Source: an uncultured Bacteroidales bacterium (GTDB taxonomy: Bacteria > Bacteroidota > Bacteroidia > Bacteroidales > ML635J-15). From it: DNA of 46,356 nucleotides. A program made the translations under genes and the position numbers. The notes under the pieces were generated by a model, which did no database searches, was not told where the DNA came from, and worked only from the letters and a program-made list of their open reading frames with translations. This document shows, piece after piece, positions 28,801 through 36,719 of the stretch. Within the stretch, counting starts at the first letter, position 1. The number at the start of each line of letters is the position of its first letter. The DNA lies in contig CAZUQY010000001.1 of NCBI GenBank assembly GCA_964622935.1, forward strand, positions 1 through 46,356. Reading direction: 5' to 3'.

Positions 28801-31800
28801 ATTACTTCTGTATCAGAGCTAAAACATGTGCCATTTGTAATTATATAATCAATCGGATATAACCCTGGGCCTACCGTTGCTGCATCAAATGTTCCATTTA
28901 CTACATTGGTTATTCCTATACCACTCCATACACCACCAGGATCAGCACCAACAAGGTCAAATGCTGGTTCATATTCACATATAATACCAACAGGAGTAAT
29001 TGTTGCATCTACCTCAGCATCTACATGAATCACAATTGTACTTTGACTAGTACACGCTCCATTTGTTATTTCATATGTTATTGTATGATCACCACTAGCA
29101 TAACCAGGATCAAAATCACCAGTCATTGGATCAACTCCATCTCCTGACCATGTTCCTCCTGGAGATATTGCAGTTAAAGTTACTACTGGATCACTAGAGC
29201 AAAATGGACCTGCGGGATTAATCGTTGAATTTGGCATTATATCAACAATAATATTTGCTGTAGCAGTATCCTCACATGCTCCAGCAGAAACGCCATAAGT
29301 TATCACATTAATCCCTATAATTGCCAATGCAGGATTAAAAGCCCCCGTAGAAGCATTTGTTATACCAGTACCAGACCAAGTTCCACCAGGATCTGCAGCA
29401 GTAAGAATCTGTTCTGGATCATTTTGACAAAATGGACCCGCAGGAGTAATTGTTGCATCAACAGCTGGATCAACATCAAAACGTCTAATGCAAACTGCAG
29501 AACAATTTAAATTTGTCATTGTATATGTAATCATATGCGAGCCAGGGCCTGCATCTGAAGGATCAAATGTTCCATTTATCGGATCAATAATCCCATTTCC
29601 AGACCAAGTCCCCCCAAGGGTTAATGGTATAATATCAAATGGTGGATCTGTCTCACAAATATCACTGACTACATCAAATTCTGCAACCGGACTTAAATAA
29701 ACAACAACCCACAAAGTGTCGCTATCACTACAATTAGCATTGTTTAGCTCGTAAGCTATTGGATGCACTCCGGCACCAGCAAGAGATGGATCAAACGCAC
29801 CATTGTCAGGATTAATAATCCCAAGTCCTGACCAAGTCCCGCCAAGTTCTGTAGCGCTTAAAGCTATAATATTTGTATTATCACAAAATGGCCCTGCAGG
29901 ATTAATTGTTGCATCTACATCATCGTACACAATTACCGGTTTTGTAGTTGTAGAAACACATGTGCCATTAGTAAAAGTATATGTTATTTGGTGAGTTCCC
30001 GATTCAGCCACAGAGGGTTCAAACGTACCCAAGACTCCATCAGTTATTCCAGTACCTGAGAATACTCCTCCCGATGTTACCGGAAGAATATTAACAGCAC
30101 CATCACCTTCGCAAAATGGTCCAATATCAAACCAATCAGAATCTGGGAATAAATATACTGTTAATGATTCCGTGTCTATATCACTACACGTACCATTTGT
30201 TATTGTATAAGTAATTATATGAATGCCAGGAGTTGCGCTAAGAGGATCAAATGTTCCATTTAAAGGATTGGTAATTCCCGTACCACTCCAAACTCCATCT
30301 GGATCAGCTGCATTGAGATTTTCTGAAGCATCTGTTTCACAATAAGGTCCGGCAGGAGTAATTGTTGCATCAACGCCAGCATCAACCTGAATATCAATAC
30401 TATCAATATTTGTACATGCGCCTTGTGTTAATGTGTAAGTAATTGTATGAATGCCAGAAGTTGCGATAAGAGGATCAAATGTTCCATTTAAAGGGACAGT
30501 AATTCCTGCACCACTCCAAACTCCACCTGGATTTGCCGCAGTTAAATTAAATGCAGGATCATTTTCACAAACCGTAGCAACAGGATTAATTATTGCACTT
30601 AATGTATCATCAACCTGAATTATTTGATTATCTGTATCAAAACATGCCGGATTCCCAACATCATATGTTATAGCTTGACTTCCAACACCGGCAACAACCG
30701 GGTCAAAAATTCCATTTGCCGAATTAACAATACCCGTTCCAGACCAAATTCCTCCAGGACTAACTGCAGTCAGAGTTATTAATCCACCACTAATACAATA
30801 TGGACCAGTTGATGTAATTGTTGCATCAACTGCATCATCATAAACAAAAATTGTAATATTGCCAACAGAAGTACAACTAGCATTACTAACCGTATAAGTA
30901 ATATCATTTGCTCCGCCATTTGCAACAGACGGATCAAATGTCCCATTAATTGGATCTGTAATTCCTGTTCCTGCCCAAACTCCTCCTGGAGTTGCAGCAA
31001 TTAGATTTACTGCAGGGTCATCATTACAAAATTCTCCTGGATCATTAATTGTTGCATCTGGCGCTGCAAGAACAACAAAATCAGCATTATCTATATCTTC
31101 GCAAGCCCCAGCAATAATTTCGTAAGTAATTGTATGCGTTCCTGCTGCTGCCAATCCTGGATCAAAAGCGCCTGTTAAGCTATTCGTAATACCAGTTCCA
31201 GTCCAAACACCTCCTATATCAGCAGCAGTAAGGATCACTTCGGAATCACTCTCACAAAATGGACCTGCAGGAGTTATTGTTGCAACTACCAAAGTATCAA
31301 CATTAACTCGTCTAATAAGAAGCGATGAACAATTTGCATTAGTTATCAAATAACTAACCATAAACGATCCTGGTCCTGATACAGATGGATCAAATGTCCC
31401 ATTATTAACATCGGTTATACCTACTCCAGACCAGACTCCGCCAAAATTAACAGGAATAATATCAAAAGGTGGGTCTGTTTCACAAACATCGTCAATTGGA
31501 GGAAAATCAGCATCCGGACTTAAATAAACCAAAATGTCTTCAGTATCAACATCTCCACAGCCTCCATTTACAATATCATATTGTATAGTATGAATTCCAG
31601 GTCCAGCATTTTCAGGATCAAAAGCACCTGTTGTAGTATTTACAATCCCTGGTCCCGACCACACCCCACCGGGATCCGCTCCACTTAAGTTCACAATATT
31701 TTCATTATCACAATATGGCCCTGCTGGAATAATAGTTGCGTCAACTTCTCCATAAACTATAACATCTTTATGTGTAACAGATGTGCATACACCATTTACA

Positions 31801-32543
31801 ATAGAATATGAAACTTGGCGAGTGCCTTCTCCTGCAACCACAGGATCAAAAGTACCAAGAACACCGTCAGTTATTCCTGTTCCAAAAAACGCACCTCCAG
31901 CAGTAACAGGTACAATATCCACAGCAGAATCATCAAAACAAAATGGGCCAATTAATGCCCAATCAGAATCAGAATATACGTCCACAATCAATGGTTCTGT
32001 ATCAGTATCAGAACATTGCCCATTTATAACCAAATATGTTATTAAATGAATACCCGAAAGTGCTAATGCAGGGTCAAAAGTCCCAGCATTGGGATCTGTT
32101 ATTCCATCACCAGACCATACACCTCCAGAATCAGCTGCATTAAGATTTATAGGAGCATTTGTTTCGCAGAATGGGCCTGCAGGTGCAATAGTAGCATCAA
32201 CCGCAGCATCGACATGTATTGTTAATGTTTCTGTGCCAGCTATTGAAATATATGTAATAAGGTGGTCTCCAGGTCCAGCAAAAGAAGGATTGAAAGTCCC
32301 AGCATTGGGATCTGATATTCCATTACCAGACCACACTCCCCCAGGAGTTGATGCAATTAAGGTAACAGGTGCATCAGTAATACAAAACGGTCCAGCCGGT
32401 TGTAATAACTTCCCTCTTTGTAACCACTCTGTAGATATTGTATCTGATTCGAAATTTTCATTTATTGGAAAATAAGAAACCTGACCAAACGCTATTGATG
32501 ACAACAATAAAAAGACAAACCAAGATGTTGATTTAACTCTCAT
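22806..32543 (-). CDS. Giant cell-surface adhesin-like protein (3245 aa): signal peptide, ~33 Ig-like modules, 8 SprB repeats, T9SS type B C-terminal domain
   Basis: One uninterrupted 9.7-kb ORF with signal peptide MRVKSTSWFVFLLLSSIAFGQ. See the sub-features for repeat and domain evidence. Confidence 0.9.
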   Translation of the reverse strand: MRVKSTSWFVFLLLSSIAFGQVSYFPINENFESDTISTEWLQRGKLLQPAGPFCITDAPVTLIASTPGGVWSGNGISDPNAGTFNPSFAGPGDHLITYISIAGTETLTIHVDAAVDATIAPAGPFCETNAPINLNAADSGGVWSGDGITDPNAGTFDPALALSGIHLITYLVINGQCSDTDTEPLIVDVYSDSDWALIGPFCFDDSAVDIVPVTAGGAFFGTGITDGVLGTFDPVVAGEGTRQVSYSIVNGVCTSVTHKDVIVYGEVDATIIPAGPYCDNENIVNLSGADPGGVWSGPGIVNTTTGAFDPENAGPGIHTIQYDIVNGGCGDVDTEDILVYLSPDADFPPIDDVCETDPPFDIIPVNFGGVWSGVGITDVNNGTFDPSVSGPGSFMVSYLITNANCSSLLIRRVNVDTLVVATITPAGPFCESDSEVILTAADIGGVWTGTGITNSLTGAFDPGLAAAGTHTITYEIIAGACEDIDNADFVVLAAPDATINDPGEFCNDDPAVNLIAATPGGVWAGTGITDPINGTFDPSVANGGANDITYTVSNASCTSVGNITIFVYDDAVDATITSTGPYCISGGLITLTAVSPGGIWSGTGIVNSANGIFDPVVAGVGSQAITYDVGNPACFDTDNQIIQVDDTLSAIINPVATVCENDPAFNLTAANPGGVWSGAGITVPLNGTFDPLIATSGIHTITYTLTQGACTNIDSIDIQVDAGVDATITPAGPYCETDASENLNAADPDGVWSGTGITNPLNGTFDPLSATPGIHIITYTITNGTCSDIDTESLTVYLFPDSDWFDIGPFCEGDGAVNILPVTSGGVFSGTGITDGVLGTFEPSVAESGTHQITYTFTNGTCVSTTTKPVIVYDDVDATINPAGPFCDNTNIIALSATELGGTWSGLGIINPDNGAFDPSLAGAGVHPIAYELNNANCSDSDTLWVVVYLSPVAEFDVVSDICETDPPFDIIPLTLGGTWSGNGIIDPINGTFDPSDAGPGSHMITYTMTNLNCSAVCIRRFDVDPAVDATITPAGPFCQNDPEQILTAADPGGTWSGTGITNASTGAFNPALAIIGINVITYGVSAGACEDTATANIIVDIMPNSTINPAGPFCSSDPVVTLTAISPGGTWSGDGVDPMTGDFDPGYASGDHTITYEITNGACTSQSTIVIHVDAEVDATITPVGIICEYEPAFDLVGADPGGVWSGIGITNVVNGTFDAATVGPGLYPIDYIITNGTCFSSDTEVINVGADPVSTIFGAGPFCSNEAAVNLVSVTPGGDWLGDGTNPVTGVFDPDAAGGGDHLITYTLTVGACTNSSSITIHVDAAVDATITPAGPFCLYDPAENLSAVSSGGTWTGTGILDPSTGTFDPQTAGVGIYNIGYNIVNGLCSDSDNIFITVNNAPDGTINDPGEFCSTDPPINLTAVTPGGSWGGNGITNAVNGTFDPGGANDGANDVTYTVSSGGCTTVGTITIYVYDAAVDATITSTGPYCISAGLITLTAVSSGGVWSGTGIVDVDLGTFDPTAAVIGNNLITYDVGNPACFDTDSQIIQVDDTLSAIINPVAPLCEDASQFDFTAANPGGLWSGTGNGITNAVNGTFNPVLAGDGTHIITYTISQGVCTNIDTFDMLVDADVDATITPAGPFCENDLITTLVAADSGGTWGGTGIVNTVEGYFHPPSAVVGDNNITYSLVNGTCSDSDAEIIHIDAFPITTISAAGPFCESDSPINLNAASPGGLWSGTGITDVVFGTFDPSLVVGGGSSLIDYEITNGACYSSSTRTIVVDEFYDATITPAGPFCNTDAFVNLTAATAGGDWSGTGITSVLNGTFHPGIATPGDWLIDYQISNGVCSDSDNITIHVDQYFDATISAISDFCETEPAVNLVAANPGGVWSGTGIIFPAVGTFDPGFVVGGGDWLIYYEITNGACYSSDTETVHVDNQPDPTISPVGPICQNQAAFDLTAADGGGDWTGIGIIDADDGTFNPGSVVAPGNYIITYDIVNGECSASDTETIHVDLYPNTILSPAGPFCETDAVVNLPEPSIGGLWSGNGITDLVTGLFDPPLAQPGTHPIDYTIINGACTSTGTINIVVNSSVDATITDVGPFCETDGSIILTAVTTGGAWSGSGVSPVTGSFSPGNALVGNNIITYYVENGVCNDTDNTTIVVEAAPEVTILTTGPFCETEGNQVFTADVAGGVWSGDGIDMLGTFNPGIATVGVHPIIYTFTSGSCIVTEQVDITVNEYFDAEISSTGPYCLNDTPLYLSSINSGGVWSGDGTNLDGLFSPAAAGVSNHIIGYEITNGACYDDDTQIISVNNNPDATISGPSDVCLNDPIFNYTSGDSGGTWSGAGITDVVAGTYNPQASGVGNFLVVYEITVNGCSSIDFDTLTVHDIPVVTISGLNPDYCLNDDSHLVNVSPAGGVLTGGAIAGTLFDPQLAGVGTHNITYVYSDLNSCTDTAEFDLEVHAMPVTSISGIDDYYCVYDDTVYPVVLPLGGTLVGAGTYNNLFIPPSAGPGDFELMYHFTDVFGCSDTTYVNTTVVDYADVDFDVTQPLCFGDSNGTITTTVTNAIGPFDYLWSDAGPSVTADITSVLSSWYYLSVTDSLSCVTVDSVFVDEPTQLVVDISSFSDASCYGFEDAWAIANASGGIPGYTYLWDDTEHTDTVILENIPIGPYIVIVTDSNLCQATDTIVIGEPDTLSLSFIDIFNVSCYTYSDGAVTVEPAGGTGPYDAIWNDQFETLGMTITNLVTGYYTVIITDDHDCEFSDSVLITEPDSLYLEAVINPVLCTQQMGSVGITVFGGTAPYDYLWSTEETLPVLFNLISQTYDVIINDANGCVLQSSVDIPTEGGISVDITQTNYNLCYGDKIAELVASSPDAANPCNYYWSNYIRDSVNPDLAAGDYIVTLIDSWGCQGIDSITVSEPVLLEVQVHSEDVLCKGELTGTASVEIQGGTQAYSVLWENDDTNFYTVGLGAGEIWVTVTDANNCVETAYSVITEPATGIEIDLNVQQVTCYGANDGAINSFASGGTPPYLYTWYINGMELSGATIKNLDVGTYILMVYDNNGCSTDTIVQLFQVNSLVADVEVGNTSCIGNYDGYISITAQGGTKPYSYYLMDMLWDSPIIDSLYRGEYYLTVIDSNYCEYNFGPIVIADTDEDCLKIPAAFSPNGDGYNDEFFIENIHLYPRAVIQIFNRWGQLLYEDLGLNGFWDGTYSGNPVPTGAYLYNIILNIDEDPRVGTITLIR
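22809..23060 (-). other. T9SS type B sorting domain (gliding-motility-associated C-terminal domain, CHU_C type)
   Basis: IPAAFSPNGDGYNDEFFIENIHLYPRAVIQIFNRWGQLLYED...WDGTYSGNPVPTGAYLYNIIL...GTITLIR matches the TIGR04131-type signature (PNxFTPNGDGxND.F...I.IFNRWG..V......WDG...G.....G.Y.Y). Confidence 0.85.
23070..24911 (-). repeat. Eight tandem SprB-type repeats (~76 aa each)
   Basis: Each unit has CxG..(D/N)G......GG..PY.Y.W ... Y...V.D..GC, e.g. CYGANDGAINSFASGGTPPYLYTW, CFGDSNGTITTTV...PFDYLW, CIGNYDGYISITAQGGTKPYSYY. Confidence 0.75.
27639..28334 (-). repeat. Higher-order block B2 (modules 19-21), approximate bounds
   Basis: See B1. Confidence 0.65.
29238..30380 (-). repeat. Higher-order block A2 (modules 10-14), approximate bounds
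   Basis: See A1. Same module order and module-specific signatures (SDWxxIGPFC, CDNxNI, CETDPPFDIIP, RRxxVD). Confidence 0.6.
30369..31064 (-). repeat. Higher-order block B1 (modules 7-9), approximate bounds
   Basis: aa ~494-725 recurs at aa ~1404-1635 with a constant 910-aa (2,730-nt) offset. Examples: AVDATITSTGPYCIS at 571 vs 1481, IIQVDDTLSAIINPVA at 641 vs 1551. Nucleotides 30601-30670 vs 27871-27940 are similar by eye. Confidence 0.65.
31065..32207 (-). repeat. Higher-order block A1 (modules 2-6) inside the adhesin gene, approximate bounds
   Basis: The five-module block at aa ~113-493 recurs at aa ~722-1102 with a constant 609-aa offset. Markers: DSDW at 192 vs 801, CETDPPFDIIP at 354 vs 963. 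Confidence 0.6.
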
Positions 32544-32642
32544 TTTTTACATTTATTATCTATACTCTAAATATTAGACGATAAATATACTGAAAAGTTG
32601 TGTATTTTCTAACTTTTTAGCCATAATTTATATGTATAAATG

Positions 32643-33137
32643 TTATTCTAAATGTTTACTGAAGTTCGGAATCAATGAAATGATAAAAGATGCAAACTTA
32701 TCAACATCACCATCGAGTGTGCCATTAGCTTGTCCACCACACTTATATACGGTTCCATACACCAACTCAGCATCATCATTATAAATCCCTATACTTTTAG
32801 ATGTACCTCCGGTACAATCATCCTCTTTCTTGGTTTCTTTCTTGTTGTTAATCTCGCATTCCTTTGTATAATTAACAAGTTCCTTAAATTGCTCTTCACT
32901 TAAAGTGTATGACGTATCACAAAGGATATCACCATAGCTATCTACAACAATTGAAATCGAATCCATATTTGCTTTAATCGAATAACTTCTATGATATTTT
33001 GGAGGAACAGAAGAGTCTCCAAAAGAATATACAATTTCTGTAATTTGTTTCGTTGTCTCTTTTTTCATAAAGCATGAACTTAATAACCCAGAAAATACAA
33101 AGATTATAAACAAATAAATAACTGTTCTATTTTTCAT
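32643..33137 (-). CDS. Hypothetical lipoprotein
   Basis: 164 aa with lipobox LLSSC. No recognisable domain. It lies 99 nt upstream of, and co-oriented with, the giant adhesin gene. Confidence 0.55.
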   Translation of the reverse strand: MKNRTVIYLFIIFVFSGLLSSCFMKKETTKQITEIVYSFGDSSVPPKYHRSYSIKANMDSISIVVDSYGDILCDTSYTLSEEQFKELVNYTKECEINNKKETKKEDDCTGGTSKSIGIYNDDAELVYGTVYKCGGQANGTLDGDVDKFASFIISLIPNFSKHLE

Positions 33138-33161
33138 AAAAAAACATTTTAAGTTCTGGGG

Positions 33162-34643
33162 TTATTTCTTGTCCTCAGCAATTACTTCTAGAGGAATATC
33201 TTCATCTACCTTTTCATCCTCTTTTCGCAAATAATAGACATCAATTGCAACAATGATAGCCGCAAATCCCCAAAATGGAACCGCAGCCTTATCTGTGTCT
33301 AGAAAATTATTTAAAAAGCCATGTAGCAAATAGGTCGTTAACCCGCAAATAGTTGAAGCGGTAATAATTTTAAGTGAATAGGAATGCGATCGAATATAGT
33401 TTCTTACAGCAGTAACGAAAATGAAAACTGCCATTACAATAAAGCTTAACATTCCCAACAATCCTGACTCGGATAGTGCCCCCAGATATTCGCTATGCGC
33501 GTTACCCATGTCCCCAGCATTTGTCGAAATAATAGTTTTTTCATATGAAAACTGAAACGGAGCATACTTGAATTGATAAGTTCCCGGTCCCCATCCAAAA
33601 ATGGGTTTTTCTTTAAACATTCTTATCGCGCAATTCCATCGGTTTATCCTCTCAAGATTAGATGCGTCCGTTGCAACGTTACTTATGGACTCAACATGCT
33701 CTTTTAAATCAGATGAAGAATCCTGCTTGTTTCTTTCCAACGAGAAAAATATTTTATCTTGAAATCCTAAAAATAATCCGACTACTACTACAATTGAAGC
33801 AATGACAACTTTATAATTAATTTTAAACCTCAATATTACAAAGACACCTAGAGCGCCCAAAAGACTTACCCAAGCTGCACGTGTATACGATAATGTTATT
33901 GCAAGAAAGAAATAAGCTAACACAATGCCAGCAATAATTCGCAAGTTTTTTTTAAGTTCTTTGTTAACTATAAAACCAATCAATACAGGAATAAACATAG
34001 CCAACATTGCACCATAAGAGGTATGATCATTATAGAAAGGAGACATTATAAAATTTGCAGTCCTTTGGCTAAAATGATGAGGCGCATGTTTAATTAAGGT
34101 AAATGTTATTACAACAACAAACGGAATAATGTATAACCAAAAAAATCGATTAATATTTACTTTTTTCTTAAAAACCTGGGTCATTAAAAAGTAAAATGGA
34201 ATGATAAACCAAAGAGATGCGATCCAGTATTTTAATGATACTAATGGCATAGTGCTTGTCAAAACTGTAATAAGTCTCCAGGCTAGATAAACATAAATAG
34301 TAATTGATATTGGGTGAGTTAATACTTTCTTATCAAAATCCCTATCCTGCAACTGTTTTAAAATAAAAATCAATAAAATACTAACGAAAATAGGTTCGGT
34401 TGGTAAATCAACATTAAAGCCCAAATTCGGGAAAAACTCTTCAAGTGGTACAGAAAAAGGCACAAGAAAAACAGCCATTAACAATGCTTTATCCATAGCA
34501 AAGAAAATCATAAACAGCACTATAATAAGAAGAGGAACGAAGTTAAACAAAAAACTCTCTTCAGTTAAAATCACCAATGAGTTAGTGATAATAAACAATG
34601 AAGCAATTACATAAAATGCAAGTATTTTTTGTTTTTGTGTCAA
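33162..34643 (-). CDS. O-antigen ligase / Wzy_C-family polytopic membrane protein
   Basis: 493 aa with 10 or more TM helices. The segment LSYTRAAWVSLLGALGVFVIL, followed by a large loop with HSEYL, is typical of the O-antigen ligase/polymerase family. TTG start at 34643. Confidence 0.65.
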   Translation of the reverse strand: MTQKQKILAFYVIASLFIITNSLVILTEESFLFNFVPLLIIVLFMIFFAMDKALLMAVFLVPFSVPLEEFFPNLGFNVDLPTEPIFVSILLIFILKQLQDRDFDKKVLTHPISITIYVYLAWRLITVLTSTMPLVSLKYWIASLWFIIPFYFLMTQVFKKKVNINRFFWLYIIPFVVVITFTLIKHAPHHFSQRTANFIMSPFYNDHTSYGAMLAMFIPVLIGFIVNKELKKNLRIIAGIVLAYFFLAITLSYTRAAWVSLLGALGVFVILRFKINYKVVIASIVVVVGLFLGFQDKIFFSLERNKQDSSSDLKEHVESISNVATDASNLERINRWNCAIRMFKEKPIFGWGPGTYQFKYAPFQFSYEKTIISTNAGDMGNAHSEYLGALSESGLLGMLSFIVMAVFIFVTAVRNYIRSHSYSLKIITASTICGLTTYLLHGFLNNFLDTDKAAVPFWGFAAIIVAIDVYYLRKEDEKVDEDIPLEVIAEDKK

Positions 34644-34651
34644 TTTTTATA

Positions 34652-35596
34652 CTATTGTTTTTTATTCCCTTCAATAATTGAAATTACAATAACGCCAGCC
34701 AAAAAAGCGCCTAATACAGAGAAAAGTACAATAATCCATCTTATAGGGTATGATTTCTTATCGGCAGGAAAAGGTTTCGAAATTACATGAGCATATGTTT
34801 GTATTTTTTCTACATCTCTCATTGCACTTTCATAAACAGTTTTCGCTGTATGCATATCAGAAATTGCATAATAGTAAAGAGAGTCTGTCATTTGATAATC
34901 AGAACCATATTCTTCCCAATTACCTAAAACAGTACGAGCCTCGTCAAGACTTTTTCCCAAATAAATAGCCTCGGTATATTTTTCAACCTGTGCACTTAAA
35001 TCCAAAAGTCCATATTCTGTACGAAAAGTTTTTAGTTGTTTGGACAAACTATCTATTTCTTCAAGTTTTTTAGTGTATTCCTTATAATAAATTGTTACAA
35101 TTTCCTTAGATTTAACCTTGTTTAATGATAACACCATATCACTATAAAAACTAATGATTGAATCTGCCATATCAGACGCTATTTGAGGATCCTCATCAAC
35201 AACAGAGATAACTATTGCTTCGTTTGGTGTTTTTTGAAAACTAACATTACCCTCAAAATACTTTAATATTTTATCCTTATAATTGGAATCATCTTTACTA
35301 ACACCATAATGGTCATATAATTTAAATGATTCAATCACTCTAAATTTAATATCGGTTGATTCAATCAATTCTAGCATTTGCTCTGTTTCAGATTCTTCAG
35401 AAAGCACAGTAATATTGGCAGGGTATACGGTTGCAGTTGATTTAAATTTAGGCTTAATAAACAAACTTGATGAAAACAATACAGCTAAACCTGCAGCTAT
35501 AATAACAAAAATAATTAAGTGCCATTTCCATTTCAGGATAAGTTTGAAAATGCTTTTTGTTTTATAATAATTTTCCATAGTTTCGTAATTAGGCAA
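34652..35596 (-). CDS. Wzz-like polysaccharide chain-length determinant (PCP) protein, paralogue B
   Basis: N-terminal TM after KWKWHLIIFVIIAAG. Motif FKSTATVYPA. Coiled-coil periplasmic region. C-terminal TM after KKSYPIRWIIVLF. The start is either the TTG at 35596 or the ATG at 35578. Confidence 0.6.
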   Translation of the reverse strand: MPNYETMENYYKTKSIFKLILKWKWHLIIFVIIAAGLAVLFSSSLFIKPKFKSTATVYPANITVLSEESETEQMLELIESTDIKFRVIESFKLYDHYGVSKDDSNYKDKILKYFEGNVSFQKTPNEAIVISVVDEDPQIASDMADSIISFYSDMVLSLNKVKSKEIVTIYYKEYTKKLEEIDSLSKQLKTFRTEYGLLDLSAQVEKYTEAIYLGKSLDEARTVLGNWEEYGSDYQMTDSLYYYAISDMHTAKTVYESAMRDVEKIQTYAHVISKPFPADKKSYPIRWIIVLFSVLGAFLAGVIVISIIEGNKKQ

Positions 35597-35634
35597 TTCT
35601 ATATTCCATTTTGGGAGCTCAATTTTTTCAAATA

Positions 35635-36636
35635 CTATTTTTTTTTTACCTGATCTAAAATCAACAAGATTATTAATGAAAATAAAAATGTTGACAAAAC
35701 ACTAACAGCAACAATAAGCCAACGTATCGGATAAGATTTTCGCTCTGCCTTCTCAGCTCTATCTACAATATATTTGTTTGGCAAAGTTTGTTCTAAATCA
35801 ATTTTTGACTCCCGATATTTTGCTTCAAGTACTGAAAGCTGCTTTACTTCTTCATACATTTGTTCTTTCAATATTGTATGAATACTTCCGTAGTTTGCCA
35901 AAATATCAAGTTTCTTCTCGATTTCTTTGACAGCCCTATTGTTCCCCTGTGCAATAGCAATCGCATGTTGCTCACTATACATTTCGGTTTGCGATTTGAC
36001 ATCAATAACCCCCATTTTACTCAATGCCTGCAATGAATCTTCAATCTGTTTTATCTTAGCAGTTTGAGCTTCGAATTCAAAGAGTACAATGTCATATGCC
36101 TTTTGAGCTCTCACCTTTTGTATATCTGCATAAGTACTGTCTACTAATTCTGCAATGTCATTTGCAATAAGAGCTGCTGTTTCTGGATCCTCATCATAAA
36201 CATCAATTCTAATAGACATGTATTCTGTCCTTGATATTTTTACATTACTATCAAACCTTTTATAAAGTGTTGAGTAAGGGTATTTTGAATCTCTTTCAAT
36301 ATTATAGTGCTGAAATAAGTCATATTTTTCAATTATTCGATTACGAATCTCTGTTGACTGAAGCATTTGCATCAGTTGTTCAACCTCTTCCTCTTCACCA
36401 AACTTGAGAATGTCTTTCTGTTGTTGACTTTCAGTAATAAGTGATTGTGAAATCGAACTAGAAGAAGCAGGAAACAAAATCACAGTCGATTTGAATTTTG
36501 ATGGAATCATCAAACTTACTGCAGCAGAAATAACCAATGCCAACACACACACAATAACTAATTGCCATTTCTTTTGATAAACAAACACCAATAAATTGGA
36601 TGAGTTAAAAATATTTTCAGGAATGTCCTTTGCCAT
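35635..36636 (-). CDS. Wzz-like polysaccharide chain-length determinant (PCP) protein, paralogue A
   Basis: Same architecture as 34652..35596: KKWQLVIVCVLALV, FKSTVILFPA, coiled coil, RKSYPIRWLIVAVS. No kinase domain. Confidence 0.6.
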   Translation of the reverse strand: MAKDIPENIFNSSNLLVFVYQKKWQLVIVCVLALVISAAVSLMIPSKFKSTVILFPASSSSISQSLITESQQQKDILKFGEEEEVEQLMQMLQSTEIRNRIIEKYDLFQHYNIERDSKYPYSTLYKRFDSNVKISRTEYMSIRIDVYDEDPETAALIANDIAELVDSTYADIQKVRAQKAYDIVLFEFEAQTAKIKQIEDSLQALSKMGVIDVKSQTEMYSEQHAIAIAQGNNRAVKEIEKKLDILANYGSIHTILKEQMYEEVKQLSVLEAKYRESKIDLEQTLPNKYIVDRAEKAERKSYPIRWLIVAVSVLSTFLFSLIILLILDQVKKK

Positions 36637-36719
36637 TTACACAATTTCTAATTTCAAGTCACAAAAATAAAAAAATATTAACACTTATCCATTAATTAGA
36701 GATTTTTTAAATACTACTA

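Larger units (their letters stand above)
24912..32399 (-). repeat. Array of ~33 tandem Ig-like modules (~75-80 aa each)
   Basis: Recurrent pattern DATI.PAGPFC....(V/I)NL.A..PGG.WSG.GI.....G.F.P..AG.G.H.ITY.....C...D...I.V. I counted 33 GG(V/T/L)WSG-type motifs in the translation. Confidence 0.8.

Noticed and set aside
23000-32475. Many 60-128-aa ORFs nested in other frames or on the opposite strand of the giant adhesin gene (e.g. 24261..24443, 27586..27936, 32089..32475)
   Set aside because: They are entirely contained in a 9.7-kb ORF with a strong repeat and domain signal. Their translations are low-complexity mirror images of the Gly/Pro/Thr-rich repeats.
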